A DNA stretch of 64,000 nucleotides from Isurus oxyrinchus (GCA_026770705.1 JANJGN010000025.1:31310001-31374000), one strand, 5' to 3'. Shown: positions 13,523 to 26,090, counted from the stretch's first letter. Program-made: numbers and translations. The notes: generated by a model not told the origin, from the sequence alone.

Positions 13523-14038
13523 AAGGGTCAGAATAAATGGGTCTTTTTCAGGTTGGTGAACTGTAACGAGTGGAGTGCCACAGGGATCAGTGTTGGGGGC
13601 CCCAACTATTTCTAATCTATCTTAATGATTTGTATGAAGAATCACAATGTATTGCAGCCACATTTGCTGATGATACTCAGATAGTTAGGAAAGCAAGTTG
13701 TGAGGGGGTCACACAGGGTCTGCAAAGGGATCTGGATGAAAATTGGCAGATGGAATATAAGGTGGAAAAATGTAATGTTGTCCTCTTTAGTAGGAAGAAT
13801 AAAAAAACAGAACTTTATTTAAGTGGGGGAGACTGCAGAATTCAGTGGTACAGAGGGATATGGGTGTACTCATACATGAATTACGAAATGTCAGCATTCA
13901 GGTACAGCAAATAATTAAGAAGGCAAATTAAATATTGGCCTTCATTGCAAGGGAAATGGAGAAGAGAAGTAGGAAAACCTTGTTACAACTGTAAAGGGCA
14001 TTGGTGAGACCACACCTAGAATACTGCATACAGTTTTG

Positions 14039-15721
14039 GGGCTCTATTTTCATTTTGGTGGTGTGAAATATGACTTGACCTTCCCCAATTCCCCAAAAAG
14101 CACACCTGACTCACTGACCTTTCCCAGTATTTTCACTTTTTCATGCAGTGTTTGGGTTCATGGTGCAGTTTGCAAGTCATGATGGTGTAGGGAAAGAATG
14201 TGGGTGCAGAAGCAGGCTGGTTAGAAGGCCTGCCTCAGTTCTTGGAGGATTTAACCCAGCTCCTGATATCATTTATATTCCCTCTAAACCTCAATTCTCA
14301 CCCCCTTTATCCCCCATCCATCCCATGCCCCCTCCATGTCTCCCTATTCCCCATGTCTCCTCCATGCCCGCTCAAATCCTCATGACCTCTCCATACCGCA
14401 TCAGAATCCCATGTCACCCTATGCTCACTCCACACCCCCTCCAATACTCCATGCCATCCATGTATCCTCTTGCTAGTTATGCCCAATGTACAGTTCTAAA
14501 GATACGTGCAATAGCAATGGGAATTCTTCAAATGCAGGTATAAAAATTTAAACCTGCAACAATCTAATAAAACTCTCATTCAAATCTCTGCCATTGATTT
14601 TTTTTGTTATTTGTTCATGGGATGTAGGCACAGCTGGCTAGGCCAATATTTATTACCCACCCCTAATTGCCCTTGAGAAGGTGATAGTGAGCTGCTTTCT
14701 TGAACAACTGCAGTCCCCATGGTGTAGTATTTTCACCCAAAATACTACAAAGAAAAATAACTGTACTCTTTTAAAAAGTTTAATCCCTAAATGGCCATTA
14801 AGTTGTGCAAACAAACAAGCATGTAGTCAGAAATTACATCAAAGGCAGATTATGTTATTACAAGTTCTTTAAACTGTCAATCAAACCCCTGAGCAGCTGT
14901 GTCAATAGGCCACCTGTTGAGCTAAGTACTTGAACAGCTTTTTTGAACTGAGCCAAGCATTCATAATGGCCACAGATGTCAAAACATTAGAATACAGGCT
15001 ATTAGACACTGAAATTGAAAGAACAGATGGTGTTACATTTCAATTTCAAAGCCAATTGCCTGAGGAGAGCAGGTGATTAGATTTGTTTTTATTTTCAACA
15101 GCAGAGGGGGTTTTTTCAAAGTCAGAGCTGACTGTACTTTTAACTCACAGTGCTAAACATAACAGGAGAGTTTATCATCACATTTTTCTAAATTTTGAAT
15201 GCATTATGGCACTTTCCCCAATGGAAAAAGTGCTGTATTGCATGTCATCACTTATACAATGCTGGTCAATGTGATGTTTAAATTACATTTGCAGGCTAGA
15301 GTCCTATGATGAATCAGTGCATTAAAAATACATTACATTACAATATAACATCTGATAGTGAAATTTGAAAGTGTCAAAGGAATTTACACTTTGCTGTCAG
15401 AATGTTCTTGACTCAATAGCCTTCCCCCAGTGGTCACAAATTCTCCAAGGAGGCATTTTTTTAGGGAGTGGGGCTTCCAAAACTTGCACCAGCATGCAAA
15501 AACAGTATGGGGAGGAAATGCAATTCTCCTAGCATGCTCAAAATGGGGACTTCACCCTTGGAACAGGTGCATGCATATTTTTCAACCAAGGCTTTCTTGA
15601 CCTGCCATATGAAACTGGCACAGTCAGAAAGGCACAGGAAAATTGATTCTCTTAAAAATAAACCATGATCTATGTTTTGCAAGCTGATTCCCGGCTCCAT
15701 GAGGAGGCATAGATCCAGCCC
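14039..15721. mobile_element. Composite DNA-transposon-like insertion inside CR1, containing a C-rich CCATG array and a nested minus-strand LINE/SINE tail (14605-14725)
   Basis: CR1 sequence CAGTTTTG|GTCTCC is interrupted here; ends GGGCTCTATTT / AGATCCAGCCC; flanks TTG/TCG. Confidence 0.55.
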
Positions 15722-16599
15722 TCGGTCTCCTTACTCATAAAGGGACATACATGCATTGGAGGTAATTCTGAAAAAGTTCACTAGGTTGATTACTGGGATA
15801 AAAGGGTTTTCTTATGGAAAGGTTGAGCAGAGTGGGATTATACTCATTGGTGTTTAGAAGAATGAAAAGGTGCTACTAATGAAACAATAAGATTCAGAGG
15901 GAATTGGAAGGATAGAAGTTGAGAGGAAGTTTCCCCTCTTCAGGGATTCTAGAACCAGTTTCAGAATAAAGGGTCTCCCATTCAAGGTGGAGATGAGGAG
16001 CAATTTCTTCTCTCAGACTGTCATTAACCTTTGGAATTCTTTACCCCAGAGAGCAGTTGAGGCTGGGTCATTGAATATATTCAAGGCTGAGTTGAACAGA
16101 TTTTTGATCTACAAGGGAGTCAAGGGTTATGGAAGGCAGGCAGGAAAGTGGATTTGAGGCCATGATCAAATCAGCCATGATTTTGTTGAATGAAGCAGGC
16201 TTAAGGAGCCACGTGGCGTACTCCTGTAACTATTTTTTATGCTCTTATATTCTTTATGAAAAGCTGGTCCATCAAGCCTGACCCACATTCATGATGCCGG
16301 TGTTGTGACTAAACACCTCCTATCTCCACCCTGCCCCAAATCCCTCCCACCCTTCCACCTTGGAAACAATCTAATCCTTGGAAGAGGCAAAAAAGAAAAC
16401 ACTTTAAAAAACACAGAGCCAATGAAGGAAATAAAACCCTCTGCAAAATTCCTTTCCAATTCCTTCAGGGGATTAAATAGCAGTCCAGCAGATCACATGG
16501 GCCATGTGACTTAGCAAGATGTGGAGTTTCAACTTACAAATTCAATGTTGGGATTCAGAGAAATGTGGCTGTCCTTTCTGTCAAGAATAGAAACCAATT

Positions 16600-17230
16600 A
16601 TGAAGGCAAATGGTATGTTCACCTTTATTGTAAAGGAGTTGCACTATTAGAGGAAATCTTACTACTATTATATAAGCCATCAATGAGACCACCTGCAGTA
16701 CTATGTACAGTTTTGGTCTCCTTACTTAAACAAGAATACAGTTGTATTAGAGGGTGTGCAACAAAGGCTCACTAAGTTGATTCCTGGGATGAGGGGCCTG
16801 AAGAGATTGCATAGAATTGGCCTATATTTCGAAAAATAAAAAGGGATCACATTGAAATATATAAAATTCATAGAGGGTTTGATAGGGTAGATGCTGAGAG
16901 GATGTTTCCCTTGCTAGAGAGTCTACAACTATGAGTCATAGTCTCAGATTAACATGTCAGCAATTTAGGAATGAGATGAAGACAAGCTTTTTCACTCAGT
17001 TGGTAGTGAGTCTTACGAATTCTCTGCCCCAAATAGCTGTGAATGCTCAGTTGTTGAATATGTTGAAGAACAAGAGTGATTGATTTTTGAGTATTCAGGC
17101 ATTTGAAGTATACTGGGAAAAGACAGGAAATTGGTGTGAATGTAAAAGTTCATGATTGTATTGAATGTTGGAGCAGGCTCGAGGGGCCTTTTTGGAATAC
17201 TCCTGCTCTTATTCCTCATCTTCTTAATTT
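16600..17230 (+). mobile_element. CR1 LINE 3' fragment
   Basis: Parallel to 13950-14040 + 15722-16260 (GTACAGTTTTGGTCTCCTTAC...GGAGCAGGCTCGAGGGGCC...CTCCTGCTCTTATT). Confidence 0.75.
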
Positions 17231-17827
17231 AAGGTGCTAGTTTCAGAACTAATCAGAAATTGAGTACATTAAATAAGTCATGCAGCTGGAAAATTCTCAT
17301 GGAGAATTTACAAACATCCCTGCTCCAAAGGAAGTAAATCTTTACATTGAGGTTACACCCCATAGTCGAACGTACACTAAACGTGTACATACAAGAAAGA
17401 CACATACATACACATGAAAGCAAAGAAGTCAGCCCATCAAACACAGGTTTTCCACAGAAGCTGCTCAAAATACCCTATTTTGGACATGACCCTACTCATT
17501 TAATATGTTGTCAGAAAGTAAACCTGGTCAAATAAACTACCCAATACATATCCATCATTATACCACCACTAAGCCACCCTGACCTCCAGGAAATATTTTT
17601 TTCCTACCACTTAACAAGGGACTATTATGTTCTGTGGAATATTTGATGATGTCAGTCTACACTTATCCCTATAATCGTCAACCCTTATCCTCACCAAAAA
17701 CATAGCCATCTTCCTTTCATATAAGTTAATCATCTCTAAGGTGGCCACTTTCTCTGGGCATCTATTCCATGTAATATTATTTACATGCATAAATGTTACT
17801 TTATGCAAGAAAATGCTTCCTTCTCAC

Positions 17828-18006
17828 AAGGCAAAACAAAAAGTGTAGGAAATTCTCAGCAAGTTTGGCTGTTCTGAAGAAGGGGCATATTGGACACAAA
17901 CCATTAACTCTGTTTCTCTCTCCACAGATGCTGCCAGACCTGCTGGGTACTTCCAACACTTCTTTTTTATTTCAGATTTCCAGCATCTGCAGTATTTTTG
18001 CTTTTG
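17828..18006. mobile_element. Penelope-like-element-derived short repeat
   Basis: CTGAAGAAGGG...TTAACTCTGTTTCTCTCTCCACAGATGCTGCCAGACCTGCTG...TTTCAGATTTCCAGCATCTGCAGTATTTTTGC, a layout I recall from fish/shark PLE termini. Confidence 0.5.
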
Positions 18007-18184
18007 AAATGTTTCTTCTCACCTTTACTCTTGAGGTTAGTTAATTTTAAAATTATTTTGATTTTTTTTTTGCTAAACTCCAGTGGCTTTCTAAGCCTCA
18101 GCAAAATCTTCAAGATCTTCATCCTCATTTTTTAAACCCTCCACAGTACCCACACCCTGTTTGCTCCTCTCTACACCCCCACCA

Positions 18185-18780
18185 GTTATGGTAGCCCAGT
18201 GATTATGATACTGGATTAAGAATCCAGAAGCCTGGCCTAATGATCCGGAGGAATGAGTTCCAATCACACTTCAGCAGCAAGAGAGTTCTTCTAGGAGATG
18301 GTTTCTGACAACAGCTTAAATGGAGATGAGTTCACAATATTCTATATTGGGCATCATCTTTGGGAAGTGTAGGTTTGATGAGCTGATTGTTCTATGCTTT
18401 CATATATGTACCTCTGTGTATATGGAAATGTCATTATATGTACATGTATGAGGAGGGAACAGCTGGGAATTTAAATTCAGTTAGTTCAATAAACCTGGAA
18501 TTAAATGTAACAGTAATTGTGACCTTGTGACCACTGGATAGTTGTTAAAAACCATCTGATTCGCTAATATCCCTTATGAAAGGAAATCTTCTGTTCTGAC
18601 CCAATATGGCTTGTTTTTAACTCCAAGACCATAGCAATACGTTTGATTTTTAACCACCTCTTTAATGATCTACTAAGCAGCTCAGTTGTCAAGAAGGTGA
18701 TTATCAAGGGCAATTAGGGATGGACAATAATTATGGCCTTGCAAGTAATTCCCACATCCTGTGACTGAATATTAAAATAA
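18185..18780 (+). mobile_element. tRNA-derived SINE sharing its 3' tail with the adjacent LINE; contains an internal insertion
   Basis: A-box-like TAGCCCAGTG, B-box-like GAGTTCCAATC, tail CAAGGGGCAATTAGGGATGGACAATAA. Confidence 0.6.
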
Positions 18781-18862
18781 ACCATGTTCCCTGAGCTCTT
18801 TGAGTTGCTATTTCTCCATGACCAAGAACAATCTTTCAATTGGTTGATTATCTCAGCTCTAG

Positions 18863-19852
18863 AACATCACTGCAGGAGTTCCTCAGGGTCGTGTTCTCAG
18901 CCCACCCATCTTCAGCTGCTTCATCAGTGATCTTCCTTCCCTCATAAGCTGGGTGTGCTCCCTGATGATTGCACAATGTGCTGCAGCACTCGTGGCTCCT
19001 CAGATACTGAAGCAGTCCAGGTCCAAATGCAGCAAGACCTGGACAATATCCAGACTTGGGCTGACAAGTGGCAAGTAAAGTTCATGCACAGAAGTAACAG
19101 GCAATGACCATCTTTAACAAGAGAGAATCTAACCATTGCCCCTTGACATTCAATGGCATTACCAATGTTGAATCCCCCACTATCAACATCCTGGAGGTTA
19201 CCATTGACTAGAAACTTAACTGGGCTAGCCATGTAAATACTGTGGCTACAAGAACAGATCAGAGGCTAGGAATCCTGTGGCGAGTAAACCATTTTCTGAC
19301 TCCCCAAAGCCTGTCCACCATCTATAAGGCACAAGTCAGGAGTGTGATGGAATTCTCTCCACTTGCCTGGATGGGTGCAGCTCCAACAAATCTCAAGAAG
19401 TTCAACACCATCCAGGACAAAGCAGCCCACTTGATTGTCACCCCATCCACAAACATTCATATCCTTCACCACCGACACACAATGGCAGCAGTGTGTACAA
19501 TCTACAAGATACATTGCAGGAACTCACCAAGGCTCCTTAGACAGCACCTTCCAGATCCATGACCGGTGCCATCTAAAAAAACAGGGGCAGCAGATACATC
19601 GGAGCACCATCACCTGAAAGTTCCCCTCCAAGCCACTCACCGCCATGACTTGGAAATATATCGTTGTTCCTTCACTGTCACTGGGTCAAAACCCTGGAAC
19701 TCCCTCCCTAACAGCACTGTGGGTGTATCTACACCACATGGTCTGCAGGAGTTCAAGAAGGCAGCTCACCACCACCTTCTCAAGGACAATTAGGGATGGG
19801 CAATAAATGCTGTCCCAGCCAACAAGGCCCGCATCACATGATTGAATAAAAT
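18863..19852 (+). mobile_element. 5'-truncated L2/CR1-group LINE (RT C-part + 3' tail)
   Basis: GVPQGRVLSPPIFSCFISDLP, xDDCT, IYKAQVRSVMEFSPLAW, IQDKAAHLI; tail GGGATGGGCAATAAATGCTG; paralogous to 22977-23888. Confidence 0.85.
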
Positions 19853-20714
19853 TTCCCTGACCCTGAATTTTGCTATTCTTTCTTAAAACCACTTTCCATT
19901 CCTACTTCTCCCTCCCTACCATCAAAGGGCTCCTTAAAGGCTCGTGCATTTTCCCCTGCCCTTTGTAGCATTATGAGAGTAAGATAGAGCATAACAAGCA
20001 ATGGTTAAATTGCAATTGGTATTGTGACAGTGTTGACAGTCATTTCACAGTGTACAGAGGCCCATAATCCCCCAGAATGATTCTGGTGGAATAAAAGTGG
20101 GATGAGATTGGCTGGAGGGGAAGCAACATCATGCTAATCTGTGAACAAAATTTGCTGTTCTCACTATATTCTTGACACCAGCTTTAATAAGAACAGTGAG
20201 AGGTAGATTTTGACGTATGGTAATATAGAAGGGCCAGCAGCCTGGATTACATCTCTCCTGATTTTGGTGCTCTTTGAAATCAACAGAAACAAAAAATGAA
20301 GAAGAGTTATCATGGGCTTCCGATTCGCTATTATCCATATTGAATGGGAATGTTATTGTTTAATAACAGCATATGCCTGTAGCAAAGTCTCTGTAGCATC
20401 ATGGATGGTACAACACCTGCCTTTACTGGTTGCACATCTAAAACAAGCGAGTCTGAATTAGTATTTTAGTCCATTTTTCATGCAATTACATAATCCTATA
20501 ACTTTGTCATGTGGAACCTGCTTTCATGTATTGACCTAATGTTTTACAAAGATAATTGCTTATCTTTACACTTTGGTTACAGTTAGTGCTTTTGCGCACT
20601 TCCTGATGGATCAATATGACACCACAGTGACCTTTTCTATTATATTCTTCAACACCTGTGAACCCTCTGTGCTGTTGGCTGGGTGCCTCAAAGATGGCAT
20701 TTCACCATCTCATT

Positions 20715-21000
20715 AGGTAGAAAAGATATAAAGTAGTCACTAATAAATCCAATAGGGAATTCAGGAGAAACTTCTTTACGGAGAGAGTGGTTTGAATGTG
20801 AAACTCACCACTACAATGAGTAGTTGAGGCAAATAACTTAGATGCATTTGAGGAGAAGCTAGATAAACCCAAAAGGGAGAAAGGAATAAAATGTTATACC
20901 GACACTGTTAGATGATGAGGAATGAGAGGCCACTTATGTGATGCATAAATACTGGCATAATGGCCAAATGATCAGGTTTTCTGTATATTCTATGTAATAA
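20715..21000 (+). mobile_element. CR1 LINE 3' end fragment
   Basis: CACTAATAAATCCAATAGGGAATTCAGGAGAAACTTCTTTAC, shared with 27995-28060. Confidence 0.65.
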
Positions 21001-21624
21001 AAAATAAAACCTGCAGGCCTGTTCACCAATTCTTCATCTGCTCCATCGAACACTGCTGTGCACTTCACAGATGGATTGGCAAAACATAAGTGTTTAATAC
21101 TGATTAACTGGCTTGTTTGATGACTGACGAGTAGCTCAGCAGCACCATTACAGGTACCTTCTAATTGCTTATCAGGTGCATGTGCATTCCAGTGGCATCA
21201 ATCTTGGAAGAATATGACTTTTCAAAGAAATACTTCCTCTGAGCTTGTGGAAAATAAAAGAACTGTTCTAATATATTTTCTATGCTCAAGGAAGATTTTT
21301 ACCCCTTCAGATCTCTGTTTGATAATGGTATACAAGGAGTTCTACTTTCCCTTTTCCCCATTTACAAAGTGAATCTACAATGCCAGTCAATGACATGGAA
21401 TAGATGGAAACAAAGAATTCCATGTGAGGTGAGGGAGTTGGAGGGATTATTAACCTATCTCCTACTTGAACCTTGTCAGTCCTTCCGAAGCCCAGCTCAT
21501 TTACTCAGTTACCAGAAACTGACAACAAGGAAATGTCAATTAAAGAAAAGTCACTATTTAATTTTGACTCATATTACTACAGAGGCAATGTTACTTTTGA
21601 TAACTTGCATCAATCCTGTTCGTG

Positions 21625-21740
21625 GACCATAGCGATTCAAGAAGGCAGCTCACTACCATCTTCTCAAGGGCAATGAGGGATGGGCAATAAATGTTGGCCT
21701 AGCCAGCATCGCCCTTATCCATGAATGAATTTTAAAAAAG
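21625..21740 (+). mobile_element. Short LINE/SINE 3' tail
   Basis: TTCAAGAAGGCAGCTCAC...CAAGGGCAATGAGGGATGGGCAATAAATGTTGGCCTAGCCAGC. Confidence 0.7.
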
Positions 21741-22894
21741 TGTATTGCTCCTGATAGAATGCCAATGCAAGATGCAAGTCTCAAACTCGCAACTGCTAAA
21801 ACCCAGCAGATAGCCTGGAATCTCACAAAATTAGAAGATAGCAAGGGGCACAACTCCAGGAAAGTGATTGTAAGTTTAAAAAATGATTGCTGGGTTGCAG
21901 TCTGTTCTGGCATAATGCACTTTTTTCTATTTAAAATTGCTTGAACAGCCATTGTAGTTTATAATTCATCAAGTGCACTTAATGTTACATAGTAACATGC
22001 TTCAACCCCAATTGTTGCTCTGAATATGACTATCACACCACTGATATTTTTAAGTCCGACTCATGGTATATGTTGACATTTGACATTAGTGCATCGACAT
22101 TAGTACCAAATATATGGCATTATACTCACATATTGACATAAGGGAGGTGTTTGTCGAAGCGATCTCATATCATGTAGCGTCAGTTTCAGTTTAATAACAC
22201 TGATCTAGCTCTCTAAACTTAAAGGAGTAGAAATTTGCTAGACCATTGCTTTACGTTTCAGTTTCAAATGATGAATAATCACCTCAGCTCTCCCATTCTG
22301 GTGAAAATTGGACTAGCAGTTGGAGCAGAGCTCAGTGTCATTTAATTGCTCACATACAGAGGTCTTCATTCCTCCAATTCAGAAGCAAGTGGCAACAGCA
22401 CAACTCCCTGCATGGATGACTTCCAAAAATCCTCTCCATGACGCTGAGGAGGGTCAGCACAACTGGGTTTTTTTTCCAAGTTCAGTCTCTTTGCAAACTC
22501 TTAGAAGATTGTTCGGGGTAGCAATGTAAAATTTGTTTTTACTTTGCTTTCAGATGATTGTGGTTATATTGTGGTTATGGAAAGTTTGTGGCTGTCTTAG
22601 CTTGCTTGAGTGAAAAGATATGGAAAGCTCCCCAGTGTTTGAATGGAAGACAAGACATTGAAACCAAAGGCTTTCAGGATTTATGTTCCAGGACTAGACA
22701 TCTGTTAGATTGTGCCAAGCTGTTGTACAGCAGTCACATTTGCTTCTACAATAATGTGCAGTATGCATAGTTGTGAATGAATACAGAGAATTTTCTTATA
22801 TGGTAAGAGCATTTACTAAATGAATGAGAAAATATTTGATTTTTTACAAATTTTAAAGTATAGAGGATGAATATGCCGACAAAGTTTAATTGCT

Positions 22895-24180
22895 TACACT
22901 CTGAACATTCAGCCAGTAGGATGTGAGTTCAAGTCCCAGCTCAGGACTTTACCACTTAATATAGGCTGACACTTATCATAAGGTCAGAAGCGGGGAATTC
23001 ACTGATGATTGCACAATGTTCAGCATCATTCGTGACTCCTCAGGTACTGAAGCAGTCCATGTCCAAATGTAGCAAGACCTGGACAATATCCAGGCTTGAG
23101 CTGACAAGCGGCAAGTAACATTCGTGCCACACAAATGCCAGGCAATGACCATCTCCAGCAAGAGAGAATCTAATCATCGCCCTTCAATGGCATTACCATC
23201 ACTGAATCCCCCACTATCAACATCCTGGCGCTTACCATTGACCAGAAACTGAATTGGACTAACCATATAAATACTGTAGCTACAAAAACAGGTCAGAGGC
23301 TAGGAAGCCTGTGGTGAGTAACTCACCTCCTGCCTCCCCAAAATCTGTCCACCGCCTATAATGTACAAATCAGGAGTGTGATGGAATACTCTCCACTTGC
23401 TTAGTTGAGTGCAGCTCCAACAATACTCAAGAAACTGGACACCACCCAGGATAAAGCAGACTGCATGATTGGCACCCCTTCCATAAACATTCACTCCCTC
23501 CACCACCAACACACAGTGGCAGCAGTATGTACCATCTACAAGGTGCACTAAGAAACTCACTAAGGTTCCTTAGACAGCTCCTTCTAAACTCATAGCCATT
23601 ACCACCTGGAAGAATAAGGACAGCAGACACATGGGAACACCGCCACCTGGAAGTTCCCTTCAAAGCCACTCACCATCCTGACTTGGAAATATTTCACTGT
23701 TCCTTCATTGATGCTGGGTCAAAGTCCTGAAATTCCCTTCCTAGCAGTACTGTGGGTGTACCTATACCACGGGGACTTCAGCAGCTCAAGAATGCAGCTC
23801 ACCATCACCTTCTCAAGTGCAATTAGGGATGGGCAATAAATGCTGACCTAGCCAGCAACACCCATATCCCCTAAATGAGTAAAAGAAGAGAATGCTGCAT
23901 TGGTTGAGGTGCCATCTTTCTAATAAGTTAATAAACTGACAGAGGCCTGTTTTACCTGTTCAGGTGAACATTAAAGATGCAGTGGCACGTTCAAAAAAGA
24001 GAAATGCCTTGATCAGCATTCCCCCTCTAACAACACATAGTAAAAAACAAGAATAAGAGGTCATTAACTTCATTTGCTGTTTGTGGAATCTTGCTGTGCA
24101 TGTTATACATAACATTGCAGCAGTGACTATACTTCCAAACATAATTCAAGAGGAGCACTTTGGGACATTTTAAACATATA
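22895..24180 (+). mobile_element. Deu-domain (SacSINE1/AmnSINE1-like) SINE split by a LINE insertion
   Basis: Head GAGTTCAAGTCCCA...AGGCTGACACT (to 22976), body resumes at 23889; colinear with 24960-25390. Confidence 0.6.
22977..23888 (+). mobile_element. 5'-truncated L2/CR1-group LINE, second copy
   Basis: FTDDCT motif; colinear with 18945-19852; same 3' tail. Confidence 0.85.
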
Positions 24181-24959
24181 TGTTTTTTTTTATCTTTGAA
24201 CAGAAGAACAACATGTAGGGTCTAAATAACAAACCCACCAAAGTCTAGAGGAGCTAATCAATGGAGATTTAACAATCTTTGGTTCATTGGTGATGTCATG
24301 TGGCCCAGTACACTGTCTAGTGTTTTATATGATTACTTCAGAGGTTAGTCATAAAATGGGAGCTCCTCCTGTCTCCACCAAAACTTTAATCAAGAAAGCC
24401 CATTAATTTATATTGAAGTTAAACTGATACTATACCTTTCTAATAGCTCCCATAATAGCAATCAAGTTTTGCTACTTTCCAACTTTGAATTTAGTACACA
24501 GCAACATGTCATAATATAAAAGAAGGAAGTGATATAAACTTGGTGCAAACTTATTTAAGGAACATTTAACAGTGCAATAGAAAATTATTTCTGATTAAAC
24601 TTCAATAAATAGTTACTTCAAGAAAATCAAATCATTCTCAATTACCTAGCCTACTCACTTTTATTCATGTTTGCTGCAGATCAACGCTGTAACTGTAAGG
24701 ACCATATATTCCACATTTTGGAGAAATTTTTAAGTTTTATTTAGTAGAATTTAACAAGCAAATGACAGCTGGGTGCTATTTTCTTGGGTGGGTTTTTGCA
24801 AAACTTGGTTCTGTTATTCCAGCAAACTAGCTAATCGTGCCATACTTGTAACAATGCCCCATTGACACTTCTAAAGCAGTTATATCATGATTTAATTAAG
24901 TGAACTGACAAATTCGGTTATACAATTGTGAACTGTGCAGCATGTATATGATGTGGATG

Positions 24960-25390
24960 CACCATTCGTAGCTCAGTGGGAGTATTCTCACTTAGTCAGA
25001 AAATTGCCTGTTCAAGTTCCACTGAAGGGGATTGAATGCAACATCTAAGCTAAAACTCCAGTGCAGTGCAGACAGAGTGTTGCACTGTCAGAGATGTCAT
25101 CTTTTGGATGAGGTGTTAAGCCAAGTCCCTGTCTGACCACTCAAGTGGACATAAAAGATCCTTTGACACTATTTTGAAGAAGAGCACAGGAGATTTCCCT
25201 GGTGTTCTAGCCAGTAGTTATCCACCAAGCAACATCTTAAACCCAAATTATCTGGTCATAGTTATGAAGTTGCTGTGAGCAAATTGCCGCCATGTTACCA
25301 CAGTGACTACACTTCATAAGTACTTCATTAGCTGTAAAGCAACTTTCAAGATCCTGATTACAAAAGGTGCTGTATAGATGTAAATCTTTT
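24960..25390 (+). mobile_element. Near full-length Deu-domain SINE
   Basis: A box TAGCTCAGTGG, B box GTTCAAGT, core TAAAAGATCC...CACTATTTTGAAGAAGAGCA...CCCTGGTGTTCTAGCCA, L2-like tail AAAAGGTGCTGTATAGATG. Confidence 0.7.
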
Positions 25391-25877
25391 TCACTACACG
25401 GTTTCCAAACATTCTCAGCAAACAGCTCTGGACACAGAGCTCAAGGTGCTGTCTGATCAGAACTCAGTGCATTTTGACCTGGGCTTCCTCGAATTATATA
25501 TTATTATTTTGGCTATGCAGCACAACATTATTTATTCAAATTATCTGATAATTGAATATGTTTTGCCATTGTTTTATATCCCTGTTTTCAAATGCTGTGG
25601 GATATTTTCCTCATCTCTTTCACTGGGCCACAGCAATTTTAAGTAACTGTTATTTACACTGCTTAATTAGTCATTGGATAATTCAAATTCTTTAGCACAA
25701 AACATGATATTGAATTATCAGGAGTAGTCTGTAGTTGTCTTCTCCTAATTATCACTGTTTATGCTTGTTCCTTTTCTCTCCTGAGCAATCCAAGTTTTAC
25801 GGGCACTTGATCACAATTCAGGACATTGCCTGCACAGGTCTTGATTGCTCATATAAGCAAATGTATGCATTTACTTG

Positions 25878-26008
25878 GCCTAAATAGCCAAGTGGTTATG
25901 GTACTGGGTTTGTAACCCAAGATCAAGAGTTCAAATCTCACAATGGCAAACTATGAAACAATGTAACTTCATCTGAAACAGACGGAAACGGGTTTGTACT
26001 CGAAAGAG
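25878..26008 (+). mobile_element. Short tRNA(Thr)-like SINE/tRNA retrocopy with 7-bp TSD
   Basis: A box TAGCCAAGTGG 25885-25895, anticodon arm TGGG-TTTGTAA-CCCA, B box GTTCAAATC 25929-25937; TTACTTG at 25871-25877 and 26009-26015. Confidence 0.7.
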
Positions 26009-26090
26009 TTACTTGTAAGTCTTGAGCCAACTATTGGATAAATATCTTTGCAACTAGTGAAAACCAATCAAATTAAACGTGCCTGCATAG

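Larger units (their letters stand above)
11150..16260 (+). mobile_element. Decayed CR1-type LINE (RT region to 3' end) split by nested insertions; LINE pieces ~11150-11888, 13523-14038, 15722-16260
   Basis: ORF2 remnants: SSGPDGLNPRVLKE, SLTSVIGKML, QHGFAKAKSCLTNL, SGVPQGSVLG (13569), FADDT (13663); frameshifts and stops; CR1-like 3' end at 15950-16260. Confidence 0.85.

Noticed and set aside
11281-23669. RT-like ORF fragments as functional genes
   Set aside because: Frameshifted, stop-interrupted, 5'-truncated LINE remnants
25878-25950. Functional tRNA-Thr(UGU) gene
   Set aside because: Acceptor stem does not pair properly, no adjacent T-run terminator, and the unit is flanked by a TSD
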